A model generated the notes under the pieces. The model saw only the letters and a list, made by a program, of their open reading frames with translations, was not told the DNA's origin and did not search any database. Of a stretch of DNA of 64,000 nucleotides, positions 14,043-25,736 are shown piece by piece. Position 1 is the stretch's first letter. The number at the start of each line of letters is the position of its first letter. A program made the translations under genes and the position numbers. This DNA comes from Trichinella spiralis (Eukaryota), in NCBI RefSeq assembly GCF_000181795.1, contig NW_003526943.1, positions 4,491,228 through 4,555,227 on the forward strand, given 5' to 3'.

Positions 14043-14699
14043 TTACAAAATATAAAAATTGAAACATAATACAATAATAATGAAATTCAAGTGTTAATAG
14101 GAGAACAGTTTGACACAAATGAATGCAATCTTTGTTTTATAATTAATATTTATGAAAAGATGGTTAAACGTACAAGGAAGAGTAATTTAATTAGAAAAAG
14201 TGTGAATAGTGAAAATGTGAAGCAAGTGTTATTACTATTGAAGAAGTGCTTGAAAAGTACCACCAGCATACTTGATGTGAAACTATTATTTAATTTTCGT
14301 TGTACAAAAAGTCAGTGCAAGAACTGCTGCCCAGATTTTCAGCATCAATTTCATAATTTAATCTGAAAAACTTTGAATGCACTACAGTCTTCAGGTAGAA
14401 ATGTTTAAGAAATTAGATAGTAAAGCTGCATTTATTTTGAAAATGAATTTAAATGTAAATGTTGAAATAATTTTTTCAAAGAAATCTGTGAAACATTAAA
14501 CACTGCAGCGATTAGCCGTGATAATAAAATTCTGCAGACGAGCAGTTACGTCACCTAATCAAAAAATATAGCAAATGAAAATCTTGCATTAATATGAAAA
14601 AATGCGTCTTACAGTAAATTATTATAGTAACAGATGAAATATTTCAGATTCTTCTATCAAATTAATTCACATTTTTCGTGCCTTGATAGTTCAATTTTA

Positions 14700-14880
14700 G
14701 CCGACCAATAGGAAAAGAGCAAAATGTGACGTCACGTCGTCAACAACAGTTCATTTAGGTGCTGAAAATTAATTTTCTCATATATTTTTTGATAATTTTA
14801 TCTTGTGGAGTGTATTTTTAAGGCAATAAATATTTAAAATAGCGACAAAAAAATTCAAGTTACTATATATATTTTTTGTG
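14700..14880 (+). promoter_or_regulatory. Upstream elements of the 7SL gene / divergent ICMT promoter (CCAAT, CRE/ATF site, TATA-like)
   Basis: CCAAT at ~14705, perfect TGACGTCA at 14727-14734 and a TATATATA run at ~14865-14872, about 25-30 nt before the 7SL start. A second CRE-like TTACGTCA lies at ~14546. Confidence 0.45.
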
Positions 14881-14894
14881 TCGATTTTGACATC

Positions 14895-15198
14895 GCCGGG
14901 CGTTGTGGCGAGCGCTTGTAATCCAGCTACTTGGAGGCTTGGACCAGTGGATGTCTTGAGAGCGGGAGTTCTGTGCCTGGTTGTGCTCATGTTGACCGAG
15001 CGTCCGCATCAAGCATGGCGTCAACATGGTTGATTCTGAGGAGTCAGAGCCGACCAGGTTCGTCAAAGAGGGTCGGACCGGCCGAGGGCGGAAACGCAGC
15101 AGGCAAAAGTCCCCGCGTCAGCGCAGTGATGGGATAGCGCTCGCGAATAAGCCGCCGGGTACAGCCCGCTCAAGAAACTCAGACCTGGTCCTTACCTT
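14895..15198 (+). ncRNA. Signal recognition particle RNA (7SL/SRP RNA)
   Basis: 5' Alu domain GCCGGGCGTTGTGGCGAGCGCTTGTAATCCAGCTACTTGGAGGCT, helix 6 with GGAG loop (tctga-ggag-tcaga), helix 8 GGCGGAAACGCAGCAGG. About 300 nt long, GC-rich, ending in a T-run. Confidence 0.95.
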
Positions 15199-15201
15199 TT
15201 T
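15197..15201 (+). terminator. RNA polymerase III oligo-T terminator of the 7SL gene
   Basis: TTTTT directly after the SRP RNA 3' end. Confidence 0.75.
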
Positions 15202-15287
15202 CAACTACATCGCATCCAAGTCAAGATAATTTCCAAAAACATGCCAAAAATGATGCAAAATTTGGGCATTTTTTTGAAATTTTAAAG

Positions 15288-15335
15288 CAAGTGCTTATAA
15301 ATCCGGAGGTATCGGGTTCAAACCCCACTTTGAAT
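15288..15335 (+). other. Degenerate tRNA-like 3' fragment with an intact B-box
   Basis: gtgCTTATAAatccggaggtatcgGGTTCAAACCccac: an anticodon-loop-like CTTATAA (15294-15300), a variable-loop-like gaggt and B-box GGTTCAAACC (15315-15324). No recognisable D-arm or A-box. Confidence 0.5.
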
Positions 15336-16419
15336 AACATTTTTTTCACAATGCGCAAAACGGTTTTTCAGCTATTTTTTTTTAATTCTACAATATTAAC
15401 GTTTTTATTTTTTAACAAATTTCATTAATTAATTAATTTATGACATTTATGATGAAGCAAATTCACGAAAAGTTTTATGAAAATCAAATGATTAACTGAT
15501 TTGCTACTTTTTCAATTCAAAATGGGACTTGTAATTTTTCTTTTCTATTTCTTGCAATCTAATTGCTGCTTTTAAAATGGTCATCAAAGTTTCTGCTTTT
15601 TGGCAAATTGCGAGCTCGGAGATTTATCCTTCGATCGTCCATTTTACACAGTATTTGTATTACTGATATGTTACAAGTGTTGTTGTTTTTCTCACGCTAT
15701 ATGCAATCTGTAATTATTCTGTTGGTTATTTCTACAATCTTATTAAAAGTACAATTTTGTGCAGGGAATTTTTTCACCGATAACTCGCTTGTTGAAAATA
15801 ATTCGGCAATCGCGCTGCGTTTGTTTCTTTGGCAACATTACAGATGTCCAGTTATCTCAGAAAAAATGAATAAAACAAGCTTGACGAACTGATTTGCTGG
15901 ATGGGTATCCAGTAAAATGGGAAAAAAGTTACTTTATCTGTATGTATATAGTACAAGCTCGACAATCAAAAAGAATCACATGATAACACGTTCAGCTCAG
16001 TACAAAAAGCGGTGCGTTCCAAAATCATCATTACATTTTCCTACGTTACTATTAGATAAATATGTTTTTCGTAAACATTAAATTTAAATTAAATGACAAT
16101 ATTATTCGTAATCTGCTTTTTTAAATAAACTGACACCCTAAATCTTTAAATAACAATTTTGTTCTTCATAAATGTTTTTCAAGCTCCTGAAACAGCATAT
16201 TCAGATTGCTTGTTAAACAAACATCAATCGCAGTCAGACATACGTAATATACAACAACAAAGGGCACATACATGAATAATTTATCTGTAATTATTGATTT
16301 ACAGGTAGGAGTATTTAAAATCTTTAAAATTGACGTTAAAAACTTATCGAGACACAGGTGACACAAAGAAAAGCTTATTGAGCCTCGTGTCACGAATTCA
16401 CGACTCAACTGGGTTGCCT

Positions 16420-17130
16420 AGCACCCTATCTCATCAGGACGAAACGAATGTTCCAATATCGGTGTGGACTTCGCTGTACTTCCGTACCCCTGACCAGACT
16501 CCCAGAAGTCAACGTCTGTCTTTTCACATGTATGGTCACCCGGGCTATAAACCTGGGACTCGTTACAGGAATGACATCGCAGAGATTTATGTAAACATTT
16601 CGGCGATTCTTTGCAAGGTAGGGCTTCCTACGTGTGATGCAAAGACGTTCTACATCGTACTACTCTCTGATGAGCTGCATCCACGCTTACAATGGAACTA
16701 GGATGAACTGTACAACTATACCATGGATAGGATGGAATCGCGCATTCGGTCAGAGTCAAAACGGCAACTACCACTGCCACTAAGCCGACGGCACAGCTCC
16801 ACCTGTTGGAAGCCACAACTCCCGATGATGAAAACAATCTTTCCCATGGATGGGAGAATTAAACAACAAGATCAACGTTGTCTGAGAGAAGTTGCCTGCC
16901 AAGTACTAAAACAAACAAGACGTCACGCCTCCTTGATAGCCGCCAGTGATGAAGCACCATCTGACCGGGTCAGCGCTGAACTACAGGAGGTACGCCCCAT
17001 CACGAATTGCTGACCTCTCGAGATCTGCATAAACGAGACACAACGATGTGATTATTAGTCTTATTGTTAGTGGGAAATGTTTGTTCTGCTGCTAAGCCGT
17101 CGTTGTTCTTCCTTGGTCATCGATTTTCTC
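16420..17130 (+). mobile_element. Degenerate Bel/Pao LTR retrotransposon remnant (integrase core, C-terminal DUF5641-like region, probable 3' LTR)
   Basis: Manual translation gives NIGVDFA...VCLFTCMVTRAINLGLVTGMTSQRFM*TFRRFFAR*G, then IVLLSDELHPRLQW...VQLYHG*DGIAHSVRVKTATTTATKPTAQLHLLE, then a PPT-like gggagaat at ~16852. Contains stops and frameshifts; the boundaries are approximate. Confidence 0.85.
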
Positions 17131-17806
17131 GCTTTCGATTTGATAAAGTTTTACTAGTCTAATACTTACGGTATAATAATTTCAAGCAATCTATCAGGTA
17201 TCATAATCGTCCATTTCGGCTAATCATTTTTAACATACAAAGATAGAAAATGCGTCATATTTTAAGTTGCTTTGCCGATTATTACTGACAAACGCTATAA
17301 GCATAACATCATAAGTTGTTAGAAACAACCGTGCAGACGACAGGAATAATAAGTTATAAAATTACGGTAACATCGGTCAGTTATTACCAGATTGGCCAAC
17401 TGAAGATGTCCAAAATGAACGATATACGTTTTTGTTTCAGGAAAACCTTTTTCCAACATAAATTATTTATGGATAAAAGAAATTTATTCAACGAAAAAGA
17501 GATGCACGAAATATGACTTTGTTCCTCTTAAACGTTCAAATACAATATACATTGACACATTTCATCGTATAGGCATTACTGTAACGCAGATCTTTGAATC
17601 AGGGAACCAAGGCAAAATGGCATAGGTCAAAATTGTACATACATACATAAATCAATACAGTATCAAATGAACTAAACATAATTTAAATTATGAACTAGTT
17701 AAAGGAGACAAGCAAGTACTTATGTACTTAAGTAACGAACAAACGGATAAAAAATTCGATAAATATGCAAATGAGTATATAATATGCGCAAGTCATGGCA
17801 AGTTAT

Positions 17807-20800
17807 TCATTCGCTTTTGACGTTCTGCAGAATTGTGAACTTGTTTTCATTCAGATAAGCCTAAAATTTACAAAGATAATAAATATGCATATTTAGATTA
17901 AAAAAAGAAATACTGGATTACGTTGGAAGCAGCTCTGTTTCTACGACGTCCTCTGGCAGCGTTCGTGTTTCTTCGATTGGGATTTTGCTGAATTTCCCCT
18001 TCTCTGCAATTGTTTTTCTGCTTTTTTTCCTCAACAGCAACTGTTGAACGTGAGTGAGGCAGTTCAGCGTCCCGTGAAGAAAAATTACACGACGCTTTGT
18101 CGTTGTGATCGGTTTTTGGTTTCGCCACAAATGCAGAACCGCTAGCAAGCGATTTCGGCTCTGCAATTCTTTTCTGCACAGCTTCACTGCTGCGAACTTC
18201 CACAATATTTCTAATATCTGCATTTCCCCATTTTTGCAGATTCAGATTATACAGACGTTCACCTGCAGTACCTTAAAAATACAAAAAGATAGAATTCAAT
18301 AATTAATGGTAAGCTTTCAAACGCTGTAATAGTTTTATGTACACTAAAAATATTTAATGAATTCAGAATATGAGAATAGTAAATGCGTTGTTCAACTATT
18401 TAATTAACAACAATATTGCATATAAGTAGTGACTTACGATTGCTATTATGCCAAACAAGATTTTTATAGGATCGCACACGGCTAGTTGGTTCATCGCTCC
18501 TGTTTTTACCGAATGAGTGAAGCTGAGCTCGTTCATCAATATCGGGCAGATTATGTTGGCAAGCTTCACTCTTTCCATATTGTCTATTTGAATTTCGATG
18601 AACCCATTCGTGCCCTCTTTGTCGTCGATCGACAACCGGATAATTTCCATCAGCTCTACCACTGGATAAGTGGGAATGACGTTCATTTCTACCTTTTGTT
18701 CCTCTGTCAAAAGGCATACCCGGCTGTGTTAAGTTATTGGCAGAATGGTAGCTAGCAGTGGTGACAGTGGCTGACTGCTGGTCCGGATAGTGTAACCGCG
18801 AATTTATTCTACTGTCGAATTTTCTATCCGAACCATGATACCGGTCATCTTTGCGCACGTTGCGTTCAACTTCATTAACGACTTGCCAATATCCAATCCG
18901 CAAGTCGTCTGTGGCAGATCCACCGGTTGGCCTGTGCCAATCCCGTTGCCGACAGGGCGTTGATATGGGGACCGTCGGTTTTTGCTCCGATTCCCTGACG
19001 TCGCTGTCCACGCGATCCCTCACTCTGATAGTCGGCTGTTGCGGCAGTACTTTGCCTCCATGTCGAGGCGGCCTTTGATGGATATCGTTTGGCCGCTTCG
19101 AAACCGCTTGAGCATTGAAATCTGATGGTGACTTTTCTGATCTTTCAGAACAATCTCGATTGTTCTGCATTTCCGTTCGGTTTTGTTCCACAGATTCAAC
19201 TCCACGCCGAATCTGGTATCGACTGTAGCCAGAACGACGTGGCTTTGGCAGTCGAACAGCCGAGACACCGACTTGTACACTGCTCAACTGTTCTACAACA
19301 GCTTCGACACTACCCTGGCTTTGATGTGCATCTGAAGGAACAAGAATAATAAAAACTAAAGACAAAACAACAAGAATAACAAATTCACATGTTGTTGTCG
19401 TCGGCAACTGATTCTGATCTTCAACTGGTACTTCCGTCAGTGGCTTTTCACGGGCCAACAATTTAAATTGACCCCTGATTAAAGGCTGTTCTGAGTTCTG
19501 TTCTGTTTGACGTTCATATCCAGATGCTATTTAAAATAAAAAAGAATCACCACCTCGAAACATAACGTTTGCATAGCATGATGAAAAAATGACACTAATT
19601 TGTTAAAAGAAAAAAATTTTTTTAATCAATAATTACAATTAAAAATTACTATCGGATCGAAGAACTACAAGCAAAAAGAAATTTTATTCAATACTTAAAA
19701 TATCCATACCTTCTTCCTCTGTAGGCGTTGGATTCTTTTTAATAATTAAATTATTTTTTTCAGCAAGTCGATTAGCAACATTTCTCGCGCTAACAGAAAC
19801 TGAAGATGCGTACGAGCAAGAAGAATGTCGACGGGATCTGAAATTCATAAAAGAAAAAATAATTTTTTACTTTAATCTTTTCTTTTTTAATTTTCTATAA
19901 ATCAGCAACAGCACTCACACTGATTCTGCTGACAGACGTTCTTCAATTTCTCGTTCTCTTGCTGCTGTATCAACTGGCTTCGCTTCACCAAATATTGTCT
20001 GATACGAACGTGGTGTATCGTTTGTCGCCAGTTTGCAAAACATCTCATCACTTTCACGTTTCCACTTCGTTACCGGAATGGCTGGAAGGTGTGTAAAAAT
20101 TTACATTTTCACTCAAATCAAATTGCAAATATGCAAATTACTCTCATTGCACGGAATGTAACCATTTCTTCCTCCATTTTCAAGCGTTGCATTTCTCTGA
20201 AAGGAACCATCGACACTTTCAGGACGACGTCTGAATTCTTCAATAAAAAATCACAAACAATGCACAATAGTATTCTGCGTAGATACTGGACATAATTACC
20301 ATCACGACGACAGCCATCAGTGGGCATATGTCTACTTGCTGAATGATTTCTACCGTACAAGTAGCGATTATTGTTCAAAGGAACATTTCCCATTGATTTC
20401 GACGACCCTTCTGCAGGCCTACGTGAAATATCTGAATGATATACGCCTCTTTCGTTGTAATTTCGCTGTCGCTGTGCAAAGTTCCTGTAATTTCGACCAT
20501 CATGATAGCGATCTGCACTGCTGCTAGTGTCTAAACGTGAAACCAATGCTTTATAACGAAAAACATTGAAATAATTCAATATTGAATAAATGGAATGGAT
20601 AAAAATAAATAAAACTGCAAATTCATATTTATGCAAAGAAAAGAAAAAAAAAGCAATACTTCTCCTTCGACGCAGAGCGTCAGTTCGACAGTGCGGTATT
20701 TCGACTCTTATCTGACGACCATAAAACCGCTAAAATCATTTACATATGATACAAAAAAATGAACAAACAATGAATAAAATAGAAACCTTTCCATTCATGG

Positions 20801-22292
20801 ACAAAGCTTCTTCCATAGATTTATAATCGGCAAACTCAACAATACAAGAATATGCAATACCGGTATCTCCATAACACATGAAATGAAAATTAATAATCTA
20901 AAATAAAACATCGTTCAAAATGAATTTCCCTCTGAAAAATTAAACAACACATAAGTACAACAATTTATATCAATTATAAAGGAAAAAGCGTTCATCAATT
21001 TTAAAAACTGATTTTCTGATCTTAATTCACATTAGAAAATTGTTGCTACTTACAAAATTTTCAATTTAAATTCCACATAAAATACAAAAGCAAACAATTA
21101 CTGCATACTTTTTAAATATCAAAAATTAAATTTTATAGCAATCTACTAAAATTCTGAGTCAAGAATATAAAATTTCATAAAATTCATCAGTTAAAAAATA
21201 AAACACTGCACTATTGAATTAAGTGTAAGGAAAATTCAGACAATATAATATTTACAGTCTCCACTTCAACTCTTTCAACACTCTTTTAAAAAACTTACAA
21301 TTATTGTAAACTATAATCTGAACTTTGGTAAACATATAAATAAATAACTGAACGATCACACTAACAATCATATAATGGCCAAAACTCAAAATATTTGGAT
21401 AGAAGGAAAATATCAACAATCAATATGATAACAACTGAAATGAAAATAAAAAATATTTTACATAAAATAAAACTACAACAATACAACTAAAACTACACCA
21501 CTACTAAAACTCTAAAATAAACATAGTGACAAACTTACTTCAAGACCTCGAAAAAATTCCGCCACCTGTGCTTTGTCAGTGTGTAGCAAATTTAAGATGA
21601 TCACACAAAATGGCGGATCATTTGGCAGCTTTTCTATCTTTAATGTATTTTGATTTTCCATTGAATTCTTCAGATCTTCATTGTGATTTTCTTCAAGTTC
21701 TTGAATTAAAATCCATTTTTTAAATTAAAAACTGACTTTACCGGCTAGTAATGAAACATTCAAACATACCATGAAAAGAATCTCGATCCACCAAATCTGC
21801 CCAGTCGCATGTTTCAATATTTTCTAAGAAGTCCTCAAACATTCAAACCAACGCTACAAACAATCCAATATTCTACTAACCTCTGTAAATGTCCACTTCC
21901 TCAGCCCAATTCATCACTTCAGCATTTCCTATAAAAATGCCCCACAGTTGTTCGAATAAAAAACTACAAACATAAACATTGCCAAACAAACCATTCAATT
22001 CCTCGGTATCCAATAAATCACCCCAATCGCAGCTTCCAATACCTAAAGCATTTTATGGTAAATGAAGTTGTGTTTACTACTAAAGAATAAAAAAGTCCAA
22101 AAAATTAAGAAACCTTTATTAACGTCTTCCATTTTTTCTTGATTCTTTTCATCACCTAGAACACGCTTCATTAAATGAGGTTGAAGAAAAAAGTTATAAA
22201 AAATGCAAAAATAAACCTGAGATGTCTGATTCTTTCACACATCTGTCCAGCTTAACGCCTTCAATGTTGTCTGAAACTGCCTCTTTATTCAT
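17807..22292 (-). CDS. eIF4B-like translation initiation factor, multi-exon
   Basis: N-terminal (D/N)W(A/G)(D/E) motifs; RRM starting LPNDPPF...VAEFFRGLE and continuing VEFADYKSMEEALSMNG...GRQIRVE; R/D/Y/G-rich segment; the eIF4B signature IFGEAKPVDTAAREREIEERL (~19930-20000); C-terminal NKFTIL; stop at 17807-17809. The internal exon structure is only partly resolved. Confidence 0.8.
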
Positions 22293-23546
22293 AGGCTGAC
22301 AGTTGCTCAAATCAAAAACAAAAAATCAAAAATTAATGTAAATAATATAAGGATTATAAAGTGCTATAAAAGAATTAAATTGATTTATTCAAAAATTAAA
22401 AAAACTGTGGAAAACTATTCAACAATACAAAATTAAAATTTCTACAAATATGCTTCATACAGTACAAACGAAGAAGTGACAACGGCTAATGTATATCTCA
22501 TTGTTTCAAGACCGTAGAAATACATAATATGCAAGTTCAAACAATTAATGTGAAGCAAAACAAAATTAAATAAACTCAAAGCAAGTCATTATAACAGGAC
22601 AGTATTAAACATTGTTTTACATAATTTTATGAAATTATTTTTTTTCTTAAGGAAGAGCTCTACGCCTTTATTTTACTATGAAAAACAAATAAAGTTAACA
22701 TGTTTTTAATTTTTAAATTATCAGCATTAAAAAAATAATTTTGTAAATTTATTTACAAATAAATTCACAAAATACAAATTTTTTTAGAGTTTTTATAATA
22801 AAAGAATTATTTTTAATTTCTAAAATATAAAAGCGCTTTTAAGATGAATACTGTCAATAACTAAAGATGTAGAGGTACATTAGTTACTGTATTGTTTATT
22901 GATATTTAATATTTAATTTAAATTAGATGTAAATTATTTTTAAAAAATAAATAAATAAATATCATAATAATTTCATTTTAAATTTATTTTTATTTTTTTA
23001 TATTTTTAATTTTGCTATAATTTGCTAAACATTAAAGGAAAAAAAACAGAAAATTTAGGATATATTTTCATTTTAAATTTTTTAAATTTTAAAAATTCAA
23101 ATATTTTCTACGAAGTATTTTAATATAAAATATAAGCTGCTTTTTTACTTAAAATTCATTTGCATCTTATGGAAAGCTTAAGCTTGATTATCTTTTCATA
23201 CTTTCTGCGGCATTTTCAAATTTCAAAAAAAAATTTAATTTCAATTTTTAAGTTTTAACACAGAGAACGTGTGCTTTTTTGAGATTTATGGTAAAACATC
23301 ATAAATATTTGATTAAAAGTTTGCTAATAAGGTTTATTCTTATATGCATGAATATTTTGATTCAATAAATAGATGTACTTTTTCTTAAGTTGATTGTTAT
23401 GCTTTGTTTTATGGATTTATTAATTATCGATGTTATCATTCTTGCAAATATTTACGTTTTATACGTTTTTATATATTTTATATTTAATTTAAAAGATTGT
23501 CGAATAATTAATTTAACTGATTGTAAGATTCAGGTCGTTTTTGCAG

Positions 23547-24236
23547 ATGTCTGATTTTATGTCAAATGATAATTTTAATTCAAAAATTCTGGCACCGTCC
23601 GTTGAAGATGAAAATGAAACAGTTCAAAATATATCACCGACAACTCCTGATACGCATGCAAAGAACGTTTTTCTGATTAAAGCGGAATATTCACCAGAAC
23701 TCTTCTCTTCTTCAGTGAAAAGGAAAACAAAACGTTGCTTGATTTTTGATTTCGATGAATTCAGTTTTTCCGAAGATATTGAAAATTTTGATTTACATTC
23801 GAATTTGGAGCTTCAAGCTGCGTCTTCAGCTGATTTAAATGAAATTCAATGTACACCGGATAAAGTTTCCACATCACATGAAAAGTATGCTTTGAAATCT
23901 GTTTCAGTCGACCCTTTGCTGAGCAGCAGCTTTGATTCAGTTCCTACAAATGAAGCGAATGTTCCATATAAATACATAAATGAGCCGGTCAAAAGCAAAC
24001 AAGAGAGGAAAAAATTGCACGGGCATGCTTGTCACTGTTGTAAAAATTACGTGGATAAATTATATTTGGACGATGAAGAAAAAGCTAAACGACTGAATGA
24101 AGTTGGTCGTCATAGAGCTTTGCATCCTAGACCAAAAACTCCGGAACATTTTTGGGACGTTGGATTTCCAAGCACGCCTGAAATTGAAGAACGATCACTT
24201 ATTTACCGGTCAGAAAAGAATAACTTTGTGAAATGA
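23547..24236 (+). CDS. com-1: CtIP/Sae2/COM-1 DNA end-resection factor (C-terminal domain)
   Basis: EPVKSKQERKKLHGHACHCCKNY (CxxC), GRHR, PKTPEHFWDVGFPSTPE. The ATG at 23547 follows directly on an acceptor-like ttttgcag. Confidence 0.85.
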   Translation: MSDFMSNDNFNSKILAPSVEDENETVQNISPTTPDTHAKNVFLIKAEYSPELFSSSVKRKTKRCLIFDFDEFSFSEDIENFDLHSNLELQAASSADLNEIQCTPDKVSTSHEKYALKSVSVDPLLSSSFDSVPTNEANVPYKYINEPVKSKQERKKLHGHACHCCKNYVDKLYLDDEEKAKRLNEVGRHRALHPRPKTPEHFWDVGFPSTPEIEERSLIYRSEKNNFVK

Positions 24237-25736
24237 AATACGAGTAAACTATTCTGCTGCCTTTGATTCATTTGAAGAATGTTTTTCATTGTAAACACTG
24301 TTCTTGCAAAGATTATCATAAATGTGATTGAATGATTTTATAAATTTATTCAATAAGATATGATTTTATGTTTTTGCTTGTTTGCAGTGACGTTGATTTA
24401 GTAAATGAGTTAAATTCAATGTTAATGTTTTCATATCGATGTAAGAGTGTGAAAGTGAAAATGGCGACAGGATTTTGAAATAATTTCAAATTTCTTTGTT
24501 GTTCAATATTTAAAATTAATTGCTTTATAGGGGACATGTGTAAAAATATATTTAGCAAAGAATTGATAATAATACAGTGAAAGCAGTAAAAGAATCAAAA
24601 CAGATTTTCAAAAATAATTAAATTTAATCGCATCAAAATTTTGTGAAAAATTGCATTGCTAATTCTAACGAATGGAAAAACTATTAAATGCTTATCGCTT
24701 TAAATACATTTGATTTCTTTCATACTTTTACGTTTATTTTTGAGTTAATTAAATTTGAAAAATAATTCAAAAAAAACGAATCAGATTAAATTTATGCAAA
24801 CTTTTCTGAAATATTGGAAAATAATTAAAGTTAACTGTTGACCAAATTATGGATAGCATTGCATATTTGATATTTTTTGAATCAACAGCACTGTACTAAA
24901 TTTCCGAAGTGACGAATTTATCATTATTGCATATTACATGCGACAAAATAAACTGAACTACAAAAACTTTAATCTTTTAATCATAACTGAAAATTCTTTA
25001 AACAAACATGAGAATTTTTTTAACAAAACGTTGAGCTTACCAGAAGAGAGGTTGATTACCAATGACACATTTCGATTACAAGTGTAAGAGCAATCAATAC
25101 TAAGAAACAGGAAATAAAACGATTGTGCCTGCTAAATTATTTTTATTTTTTAAATATAATTAAATATAACTGAATGTGCATCATTTTTATTTTTTAAATA
25201 TAATTGAAATTAAAAGATAATTATCCCAATGATTATTAAAAAAGATACTTATTTTATCAAAAAATTGTTTTTACTTATAAAAATGTAAAAGCAAAAATTA
25301 TCATTGATTGTGATATGTTTTTCATGCACGTTAAATGAAAAAAAATTTCAAATTATTCTGTACAATTTTCATTACCAATCACAGTCGTTGCTGAATAACA
25401 AATATACAGTATCTTTTTTGTAAAGTACAGTATTTCAAAAAATGACTTTTAAAGTTACAGCGTTAATGTTATTATTGACTCAATGAAAGTGACATTGTAT
25501 TTCTAAAAGTGAAAAACTATAATATTATTATATAAGGAAAAATTAAGAATGCTAAAAATGTTCAAATAAAATTGTGTTTAAAGAAAAAAAATTACGATGA
25601 TAAGCATGAATGATAGAAAAACAGTACATTTAGATGTTGAACACTGCTGCAATTCAATTCGCTACTGTAAACACTGTAAGAAAGAAAAATTATTTATTTT
25701 CTTTCAAACAATTTTTGTAAGAAGAACTGTGAAATA

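Noticed and set aside
14895..14945. Alu-like sequence suggesting primate contamination
   Set aside because: It continues into a full SRP S-domain and has no polyA tail or TSD, so it is the native 7SL gene.
14778..15229. Four short ORFs over the GC-rich block
   Set aside because: Explained by the SRP RNA gene.
15288..15335. Functional tRNA gene
   Set aside because: No A-box, D-arm or complete acceptor stem can be formed.
16330..17013. ORFs of 123 and 96 aa as novel genes
   Set aside because: Mostly off-frame read-through of the degenerate Bel/Pao element.
18396..19349. Overlapping alternative-frame ORFs in the large eIF4B-like exon
   Set aside because: Expected in GC-richer coding sequence, with no independent support.
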